From: Leptogorgia sarmentosa
Taxonomy: Eukaryota
DNA: 64,000 bases
Reading direction: 5' to 3'
NCBI GenBank assembly: GCA_964658305.1
Contig: OZ210885.1
Span: forward strand, 16,802,001 to 16,866,000
Below the pieces are notes generated by a model. It had not been told where the DNA came from. It saw only the letters and a program-made list of their open reading frames with translations, and ran no database searches. The translations under genes were made by a program, and so were the position numbers. Of this stretch, positions 1 to 9,405 are shown piece after piece. Position 1 is the first letter of the stretch. The number at the start of each line of letters is the position of its first letter.

Positions 1-123
1 GTACTTGGATGGGTGACCACCTGGGAATACTTTGTGTTGTAGACTTGCTTCATTTTATTGTATGTGTGTTTGTAAATAGGTTTGCTTTCAATTTCAACTT
101 CAGGGTTTTGTTATTGTTACACG

Positions 124-131
124 TTTAAAAA
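124..131 (+). promoter_or_regulatory. Upstream TATA-like element TTTAAAAA at -29..-22 of each 5S gene
   Basis: It is conserved in nearly all units and sits where TATA-like motifs are known upstream of many animal 5S genes. Function is inferred only. Confidence 0.6.
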
Positions 132-152
132 GTGTAACTTCCATCAACAAAT

Positions 153-272
153 GTCTACGACCATACCAGTAGGAAAATACCGGTTCTCGTCTGATCACCG
201 AAGTTAAGCCTAGGTGGGCAAAGTTAGTACTTGGATGGGTGACCACCTGGGAATACTTTGTGTTGTAGACTT
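153..272 (+). rRNA. 5S rRNA: 5S ribosomal RNA gene (first complete copy, representative of about 245 copies)
   Basis: It is 120 nt long and has eukaryotic 5S motifs (CCATACC, CTCGTCTGATC, GAAGTTAAGC, TTAGTACTTGGATGGG, CCTGGGAATAC). Helix I GTCTACGAC/GTTGTAGAC, helix III ACCGGT/ACCG(AA)GT, helix IV and helix V CAAAG/CTTTG all pair by inspection. Confidence 0.98.
202..249 (+). promoter_or_regulatory. Pol III type 1 internal control region: box A (~202-216), intermediate element (~219-224), box C (~232-249); present in each unit
   Basis: AGTTAAGCCTAGGTG at +50..+64 and TGGATGGGTGACCACCTG at +80..+97 match the positions and consensus of the TFIIIA-dependent 5S promoter defined in Xenopus. Confidence 0.9.
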
Positions 273-278
273 GCTTCA

Positions 279-282
279 TTTT
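279..282 (+). terminator. Pol III terminator (T4), 6 nt past the predicted mature 5S 3' end; present in each unit
   Basis: In ...GTAGACTT GCTTCA TTTT ATTG this is the first run of four or more T after +1. Confidence 0.75.
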
Positions 283-346
283 ATTGTATGTGTGTTTGTA
301 AATAGGTTTGCTTTCAATGTAAACTTCAGGGATTTTGTTATTGCTA

Positions 347-434
347 CATCTGGAAATACTTTGTATTGTTGTTTTCCTAAATGTTATTTAATGCCTATTT
401 GTAAATATAATTCCTTTCAATTTCAAGTTCAGGG
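347..434 (+). pseudogene. Decayed 5'-truncated 5S unit (5S nt 92-120 plus spacer) forming most of the extra 103 bp of the 329-bp unit
   Basis: CATCTGGAAATACTTTGTATTGT...CAGGG aligns without gaps over 88 nt to CACCTGGGAATACTTTGTGTTGT...CAGGG. By manual count there are 18 mismatches for the copy at 3608-3695 and 20 for this copy. Confidence 0.85.
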
Positions 435-2447
435 TTTTGTTATTGTTACACATTTAAAAAGTGTAACTTGCATCAACAAATGTCTACGACCGTACGAGTA
501 GGAAAATACCGGTTCTCGTCTGATCACCGAAGTTAAGCCTAGGTGGGCAAAGTTAGTACTTGGATGGGTGACTACCTGCGAATACTTTGTGTTGTAGACT
601 TGCTTCATTTTATTGTATGTGTGTTTGTAAATATAATTCCTTTCAATCTCAACTTCAGGGTTTTGTTATTGTTACACGTTTAAAAAGTGTAACTTCCATC
701 AATAAATGTCTACGACCATACCACTAGGAAAATACCGGTTCTCGTCTGATCACCGAAGTTAAGCGTAGGTGGGAAAAGTTAGTACTTGGATGGGTGACCA
801 CCTGGGAATAATTTGTGTTGTAGATTTGCTTCATTTTATTGTATGTGTGTTTTTAAATAGGTTTGCTTTCAATTTCAACTTCAGGGTTTTGTTATTGTTA
901 CACGTTTAAAAAGTGTAACTTCCATCAACAAATGTCTACGACCATACCAGTAGGAAAATACCGGTTCTCGTCTGATCACTGAAGTTAGGCCTAGGTAGGC
1001 AAAGTTAGTACTTGGATGGGTGACCACCTGGGAATACTTTGTGTTGTAGACTTGCTTCATTTTATTGTATGTGTGTTTGTAAATAGGTTTGCTTTCAATG
1101 TAAACTTCAGGGATTTTGTTATTGCTACATCTGGAAATACTTTGTATTGTTGTTTTGCTAAATGTTATTTAATCCCTATTTGTAAATATAATTCCTTTCA
1201 ATTTCAACTTCAGGGTTCTGTTATTGTTACACGTTTAAAAAGTGTAACTTCCATCAAATGCCTACGACCGTACGAGTAGGAAAATACCGGTTCTCGTCTG
1301 ATCACCGAAGTTAAGCCTAGGTGGGTAAAGTTAGCAGTTGGATGGGTGACCACCTGGGAATACTTTGCGTTGTAGACTTGCTTCATTTTGTTGTATGTGT
1401 GTTTGTAAGTAGGTTTGCTTTCAATTTCAACTTCAGGGTTTTGTTATTGTTACACGTTTAAAAAGTGTAACTTCCATCAACAAATGTCTACGACCATACC
1501 AGTAGGAAAATACCGGTTCTCGTCTGATCACCGAAGTTAAGCCTAGGTGGGGAAAGTTAGTACTTGGATGGGTGACTACCTGGGAATACTTTGTGTTGTA
1601 GACTTGCTTCATTTTATTGTTTGTGTGTTTGTAAATAGGTTTGCTTCCAATTTCAACTTCAGGGTTTTGTTATTGTTACACGTTTAAAAAGTGTAACTTC
1701 CATCAACAAATGTCTACGACCATACCAGTAGGAAAATACCGGTTCTCGTCTGATCACCGAAGTTAAGCCTAGGTGGGCAAAGTTAGTACTTGGATGGGTG
1801 ACCACCTGGGAATACTTTGTGTTGTAGACTTGCTTCATTTTGTTGTATGTGTGTTTGTAAGTAGGTTTGCTTTCAATTTCAACTTCAGGGTTTTGTTATT
1901 GTTACACGTTTAAAAAGTGTAACTTCCATCAACAAATGTCTACGACCATACCAGTAGGAAAATACCGGTTCTCGTCTGATCACCGAAGTTAAGCCTAGGT
2001 GGGCAAAGTTAGTACTTGGATGGGTGACTACCTGGGAATACTTTGTGTTGTAGACTTGCTTCAATTTATTGTATGTATGTGTGTTTGTAAATAGGTTTGC
2101 TTTCAATTTCAACTTCAGGGTTTTGTTATTAATACACACGTTTAAAAAGTGTAACTTCCATCAACAAATGTCTACAACCATACCAGTAGGAAAATACCGG
2201 TTCTCGTCTGATCACCGAAGTTAGGCCTAGGTGGGAAAAGTTAGTACTTGGATGGGTGACCACCTGGGAATACTTTGTGTTGTAGACTTGCTTCATTTTA
2301 TTGTATGTGTGTTTGTAAATAGGTTTGCTTTCAATTTCAACTTCAGGGTTTTGTTATTGTTACACGTTTAAAAAGTGTAACTTCCATCAACAAATGTCTA
2401 CCACCATACCAGTAGGAAAATACCGGTTCTCGTCTGATCACCGAAGT

Positions 2448-2469
2448 AAAGCCTAGGTAAAGCCTAGGT
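2448..2469 (+). pseudogene. 5S copy with an 11-nt tandem duplication (AAAGCCTAGGT x2) in box A/helix II; also at 37685-37706
   Basis: Read directly as GAAGT AAAGCCTAGGT AAAGCCTAGGT GGG, versus the normal GAAGT TAAGCCTAGGT GGG. Confidence 0.85.
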
Positions 2470-3830
2470 GGGCAAAGTTAGTACTTGGATGGGTGACCAC
2501 CTGGGAATACTTTGTGTTGTAGACTTGCTTCATTTTATTGTATGTGTGTTTGTAAGTAGGTTTGCTTTCAATTTCAACTTCAGGGTTTTGTTATTGTTAC
2601 ACGTTTAAAAAGTGTAAGTTCCATCAACAAATGTTTACGACCATACCAGTAGGAAAATACCGGTTCTCGTCTGATCACCGAAGTTAAGCCTAGGTGGGCA
2701 AAGTTAGTACTTGGATGGGTGACTACCTGGGAATACTTTGTGTTGTAGACTTGCTTCATTTTATTGTATGTGTGTTTGTAAATAGGTTTGCTTTCAATTT
2801 CAACTTCAGGGTTTTGTTATTGTTACACATTTAAAAAGTGTAACTTCCATCAACAAATGTCTACGACCATACCAGTAGGAAAATACCGGTTCTCGTCTGA
2901 TCACCGAAGTTAGGCCTAGGTGGGAAAAGTTAGTACTTGGATGGGTGACCACCTGGGAATACTTTGTGTTGTAGACTTGCTTCATTTTATTGTATGTGTG
3001 TTTGTAAATAGGTTTGCTTTCAATTTCAACTTCAGGGATTTTGTTATTGCTACATCTGGAAATATTTTGTATTGTTGTTTTGCTAAATGTTATTTAATGC
3101 CTATTTGTAAATATAATTCCTTTCAACTTCAACTTCAGGGTTTTATTATTGTTACACGTTTAAAAAGTGTAACTTCCATCAACAAGTGTCTACGACCATA
3201 CCAGTAGGAAAATACCGGTTCTGGTCTGATCACCGAAGTTAAGCCTAGGTGGGAAAAGTTAGTACTTGGATGGGTGACCACCTGGGAATACTTTGTGTTG
3301 TAGACTTGCTTCATTTTATTGTATGTGTGTTTGTAAATAGGTTTGCTTTCAATTTCAACTTCAGGGTTTTGTTATTGTTACACGTTTAAAAAGTGTAACT
3401 TCCATCAGCAAATGTCTACGACCATACCAGTAGGAAAATACCGGTTCTCGTCTGATCACCGAAGTTAAGCCTAGGTGGGCAAAGTTAGTACTTGGATGGG
3501 TGACCACCTGGGAATACTTTGTGTTGTAGACTTGCTTCATTTTATTGTATGTGTGTTTGTAAATAGGTTTGCTTTCAATATAAACTTCAGGGATTTTGTT
3601 ATTGCTACATCTGGAAATACTTTGTATTGTTGTTTTGCTAAATGTTATTTAATGCCTATTTGTAAATATAATTCCTTTCAATTTCAACTTCAGGGTTTTG
3701 TTATTGTTACACGTTTAAAAAGTGTAACTTCCATCAACAAATGTCTACGACCATACCAGTAGGAAAATGCCGGTTCTCGTCTGATCACCGAAGTTAAGCC
3801 TAGGTGGGCAAGGTTAGTACTTGGATGGGT

Positions 3831-3856
3831 GACCACCTAATAGGTTTAGACCACCT
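3831..3856 (+). pseudogene. 5S copy with an 18-nt insertion in box C/helix IV; also at 4075, 39068 and 39312
   Basis: GACCACCT-AATAGGTTTA-GACCACCT-GGG replaces GACCACCT-GGG, giving 244-bp units. Confidence 0.85.
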
Positions 3857-4715
3857 GGGAATACTTTGTGTTGTAGACTTGCTTCATTTTATTGTATGTG
3901 TGTTTGTAAATAGGTTTGCTTTCAATTTCAACTTCAGGGTTTTGTTATTGTTACACGTTTAAAAAGTGTTACTTCAATCAACAAATGTCTACGACGATAC
4001 CAGTAGGAAAATACCGGTTCTCGTCTGATCACCGAAGTTAAGCCTAGGTGGGCAAGGTTAGTACTTGGATGGGTGACCACCTAATAGGTTTAGACCACCT
4101 GGGAATACTTTGTGTTGTAGACTTGCTTCATTTTATTGTATGTGTGTTTGTAAATAGGTTTGCTTTCAATTTCAACTTCAGGGTTTTGTTATTGTTACAC
4201 GTTTAAAAAGTGTTACTTCAATCAACAAATGTCTACGACGATACCAGTAGGAAAATACCGGTTCTCGTCTGATCACCGAAGTTAAGCCTAGGTGGGCAAA
4301 GTTAGTACTTGGATGGGTGACTACCTGGGAATACTTTGTGTTGTAGACTTGCTTCATTTTATTGTATGTGTGTTTGTAAATATAATTCCTTTCAATTTCA
4401 ACTTCAGGGTTTTGTTATTGTTACACGTTTAAAAAGTGTAACTTCCATCAACAAATGTCTACGACCATACCAGTAGGAAAATACCGGTTCTCGTCTGATC
4501 ACTGAAGTTAAGCCTAGGTGGGAAAAGTTAGTACTTGGATGGGTGACCACCTGGGAATACTTTGTGTTGTAGAGTTGCTTTGTTTTATTGTATGTGTGTT
4601 TTTAAATAGGTTTGCTTTCAATTTCAACTTCAGGGTTTTGTTATTGTTACACGTTTAAAAAGTGTAACTTCCATCAACAAATGTCTACGACCATACCAGT
4701 AGGAAAATACTGGTT

Positions 4716-4751
4716 CTCGTCTGATCACCGAAGCTCGTCTGATCACCGAAG
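4716..4751 (+). pseudogene. 5S copy with an 18-nt tandem duplication (CTCGTCTGATCACCGAAG x2) in loop C/helix III; also at 6875, 9031, 11557, 13713, 40734 and 42890
   Basis: Read directly. It is also marked by the repeated minus-strand ORF containing SVIRRASVIRR. Confidence 0.85.
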
Positions 4752-7700
4752 TTAAGCCTAGGTGGGCAAAGTTAGTACTTGGATGGGTGACAACCTGGGA
4801 ATACTTTGTGTTGTAGACTTGCTTCATTTTATTGTATGTGTGTTTGTAAATAGGTTTGCTTTCAATTTCAACTTCAGGGTTTTGTTATTGTTACACGTTT
4901 GAAAAGTGTAACCTCCATCAATAAATGTCTACAACCATACCAGTAGGAAAATACCAGTTCTCGTCTGATCACCGAAGTTAGGCCTAGGTGGGAAAAGTTA
5001 GTACTTGGATGGGTGACCACCTGGGAATACTTTGTGTTGTAGACTTGCTTCATTTTATTGTATGTGTGTCTGTAAATAGGTTTGCTTTCAATTTCAACTT
5101 CAGGGTTTTGTTATTGTTACACGTTTAAAAAGTGTAACTTCCATCAATAAATGTCTACGACCATACCAGTAGGAAAATACCGGTTCTCATCTGATCACCG
5201 AAGTTAAGCCTAGGTGGGCAAAGTTAGTACTTGGATGGGTGACCACCTGGGAATACTTTGTGTTGTAGACTTGCTTCATTTTATTGTATGTGTGTTTGTA
5301 AGTAGGTTTGCTTTCAATTTCAACTTCAGGGTTTTGTTATTGTTACACGTTTAAAAAGTGTAAGTTCCATCAACAAATGTTTACGACCATACCAGTAGGA
5401 AAATACCGGTTCTCGTCTGATCACCGAAGTTAAGCCTAGGTGGGCAAAGTTAGTACTTGGATGGGTGACTACCTGGGAATACTTTGTGTTGTAGACTTGC
5501 TTCATTTTATTGTATGTGTGTTTGTAAATAGGTTTGCTTTCAATTTCAACTTCAGGGTTTTGTTATTGTTACACATTTAAAAAGTGTAACTTCCATCAAC
5601 AAATGTCTACGACCATACCAGTAGGAAAATACCGGTTCTCGTCTGATCACCGAAGTTAGGCCTAGGTGGGAAAAGTTAGTACTTGGATGGGTGACCACCT
5701 GGGAATACTTTGTGTTGTAGACTTGCTTCATTTTATTGTATGTGTGTTTGTAAATAGGTTTGCTTTCAATTTCAACTTCAGGGATTTTGTTATTGCTACA
5801 TCTGGAAATATTTTGTATTGTTGTTTTGCTAAATGTTATTTAATGCCTATTTGTAAATATAATTCCTTTCAACTTCAACTTCAGGGTTTTATTATTGTTA
5901 CACGTTTAAAAAGTGTAACTTCCATCAACAAGTGTCTACGACCATACCAGTAGGAAAATACCGGTTCTGGTCTGATCACCGAAGTTAAGCCTAGGTGGGA
6001 AAAGTTAGTACTTGGATGGGTGACCACCTGGGAATACTTTGTGTTGTAGACTTGCTTCATTTTATTGTATGTGTGTTTGTAAATAGGTTTGCTTTCAATT
6101 TCAACTTCAGGGTTTTGTTATTGTTACACGTTTAAAAAGTGTAACTTCCATCAACAAATGTCTACGACCATACCAGTAGGAAAATACCGGTTCTCGTCTG
6201 ATCACCGAAGTTAAGCCTAGGTGGGCAAAGTTAGTACTTGGATGGGTGACCACCTGGGAATACTTTGTGTTGTAGACTTGCTTCATTTTATTGTATGTAT
6301 GTGTGTTTGTAAATAGGTTTGCTTTCAATTTCAACTTCAGGGTTTTGTTATTGTTACACGTTTAAAAAGTGTTACTTCAATCAACAAATGTCTACGACGA
6401 TACCAGTAGGAAAATACCGGTTCTCGTCTGATCACCGAAGTTAAGCCTAGGTGGGCAAAGTTAGTACTTGGATGGGTGACTACCTGGGAATACTTTGTGT
6501 TGTAGACTTGCTTCATTTTATTGTATGTGTGTTTGTAAATATAATTCCTTTCAATTTCAACTTCAGGGTTTTGTTATTGTTACACGTTTAAAAAGTGTAA
6601 CTTCCATCTACAAATGTCTACGACCATACCAGTAGGAAAATACCGGTTCTCGTCTGATCACTGAAGTTAAGCCTAGGTGGGAAAAGTTAGTACTTGGATG
6701 GGTGACCACCTGGGAATACTTTGTGTTGTAGAGTTGCTTTGTTTTATTGTATGTGTGTTTTTAAATAGGTTTGCTTTCAATTTCAACTTCAGGGTTTTGT
6801 TATTGTTACACGTTTAAAAAGTGTAACTTCCATCAACAAATGTCTACGACCATACCAGTAGGAAAATACTGGTTCTCGTCTGATCACCGAAGCTCGTCTG
6901 ATCACCGAAGTTAAGCCTAGGTGGGCAAAGTTAGTACTTGGATGGGTGACAACCTGGGAATACTTTGTGTTGTAGACTTGCTTCATTTTATTGTATGTGT
7001 GTTTGTAAATAGGTTTGCTTTCAATTTCAACTTCAGGGTTTTGTTATTGTTACACGTTTGAAAAGTGTAACCTCCATCAATAAATGTCTACAACCATACC
7101 AGTAGGAAAATACCAGTTCTCGTCTGATCACCGAAGTTAGGCCGAGGTGTGAAAAGTTAGTACTTGGATGGGTGACCACCTGGGAATACTTTGTGTTGTA
7201 GACTTGCTTCATTTTATTGTATGTGTGTCTGTAAATAGGTTTGCTTTCAATTTCAACTTCAGGGTTTTGTTATTGTTACACGTTTAAAAAGTGTAACTTC
7301 CATCAACAAATGTCTACGACCATACCAGTAGGAAAATACCGGTTCTCATCTGATCACCGAAGTTAAGCCTAGGTGGGCAAAGTTAGTACTTGGATGGGTG
7401 ACCACCTGGGAATACTTTGTGTTGTAGACTTGCTTCATTTTATTGTATGTGTGTTTGTAAGTAGGTTTGCTTTCAATTTCAACTTCAGGGTTTTGTTATT
7501 GTTACACGTTTAAAAAGTGTAAGTTCCATCGACAAATGTTTACGACCATACCAGTAGGAAAATACCGGTTCTCGTCTGATCACCGAAGTTAAGCCTAGGT
7601 GGGCAAAGTTAGTACTTGGATGGGTGACTACCTGGGAATACTTTGTGTTGTAGACTTGCTTCATTTTATTGTATGTGTGTTTGTAAATAGGTTTGCTTTC

Positions 7701-9241
7701 AATTTCAACTTCAGGGTTTTGTTATTGTTACACATTTAAAAAGTGTAACTTCCATCAACAAATGTCTACGACCATACCAGTAGGAAAATACCGGTTCTCG
7801 TCTGATCACCGAAGTTAGGCCTAGGTGGGAAAAGTTAGTACTTGGATGGGTGACCACCTGGGAATACTTTGTGTTGTAGACTTGCTTCATTTTATTGTAT
7901 GTGTGTTTGTAAATAGGTTTGCTTTCAATTTCAACTTCAGGGATTTTGTTATTGCTACATCTGGAAATATTTTGTATTGTTGTTTTGCTAAATGTTATTT
8001 AATGCCTATTTGTAAATATAATTCCTTTCAACTTCAACTTCAGGGTTTTATTATTGTTACACGTTTAAAAAGTGTAACTTCCATCAACAAGTGTCTACGA
8101 CCATACCAGTAGGAAAATACCGGTTCTGGTCTGATCACCGAAGTTAAGCCTAGGTGGGAAAAGTTAGTACTTGGATGGGTGACCACCTGGGAATACTTTG
8201 TGTTGTAGACTTGCTTCATTTTATTGTATGTGTGTTTGTAAATAGGTTTGCTTTCAATTTCAACTTCAGGGTTTTGTTATTGTTACACGTTTAAAAAGTG
8301 TAACTTCCATCAACAAATGTCTACGACCATACCAGTAGGAAAATACCGGTTCTCGTCTGATCACCGAAGTTAAGCCTAGGTGGGCAAAGTTAGTACTTGG
8401 ATGGGTGACCACCTGGGAATACTTTGTGTTGTAGACTTGCTTCATTTTATTGTATGTGTGTTTGTAAATAGGTTTGCTTTCAATATAAACTTCAGGGATT
8501 TTGTTATTGTTACACGTTTAAAAAGTGTTACTTCAATCAACAAATGTCTACGACGATACCAGTAGGAAAATACCGGTTCTCGTCTGATCACCGAAGTTAA
8601 GCCTAGGTGGGCAAAGTTAGTACTTGGATGGGTGACTACCTGGGAATACTTTGTGTTGTAGACTTGCTTCATTTTATTGTATGTGTGTTTGTAAATATAA
8701 TTCCTTTCAATTTCAACTTCAGGGTTTTGTTATTGTTACACGTTTAAAAAGTGTAACTTCCATCAACAAATGTCTACGACCATACCAGTAGGAAAATACT
8801 GGTTCTCGTCTGATCACTGAAGTTAAGCCTAGGTGGGAAAAGTTAGTACTTGGATGGGTGACCACCTGGGAATACTTTGTGTTGTAGAGTTGCTTTGTTT
8901 TATTGTATGTGTGTTTTTAAATAGGTTTGCTTTCAATTTCAACTTCAGGGTTTTGTTATTGTTACACGTTTAAAAAGTGTAACTTCCATCAACAAATGTC
9001 TACGACCATACCAGTAGGAAAATACTGGTTCTCGTCTGATCACCGAAGCTCGTCTGATCACCGAAGTTAAGCCTAGGTGGGCAAAGTTAGTACTTGGATG
9101 GGTGACAACCTGGGAATACTTTGTGTTGTAGACTTGCTTCATTTTATTGTATGTGTGTTTGTAAATAGGTTTGCTTTCAATTTCAACTTCAGGGTTTTGT
9201 TATTGTTACACGTTTGAAAAGTGTAACCTCCATCAATAAAT

Positions 9242-9405
9242 GTCTACAACCATACCAGTAGGAAAATACCAGTTCTCGTCTGATCACCGAAGTTAGGCCT
9301 AGGTGGGAAATACCAGTTCTCATCTGATCACCGAAGTTAAGCCTGGGTGGGCAAAGTTAGTACTGGGATGGGTGACTACCTGGGAATACTTTGTGTTGTA
9401 GATAT
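9242..9405 (+). pseudogene. Fused or internally duplicated 164-nt 5S copy (about 44 nt repeated); also at 13924 and 43101
   Basis: After ...GGCCTAGGTGGGAAA the sequence resumes at TACCAGTTCTCATCTGATC. It also has private substitutions (GCCTGGG, TACTGGGA, GTAGATAT). Confidence 0.85.

Noticed and set aside
273..481. tRNA, snRNA or spliced-leader gene linked within the 5S spacer
   Set aside because: I see no box B, cloverleaf, Sm site in context or snRNA motif. The long spacer is fully explained as a decayed 5S unit.
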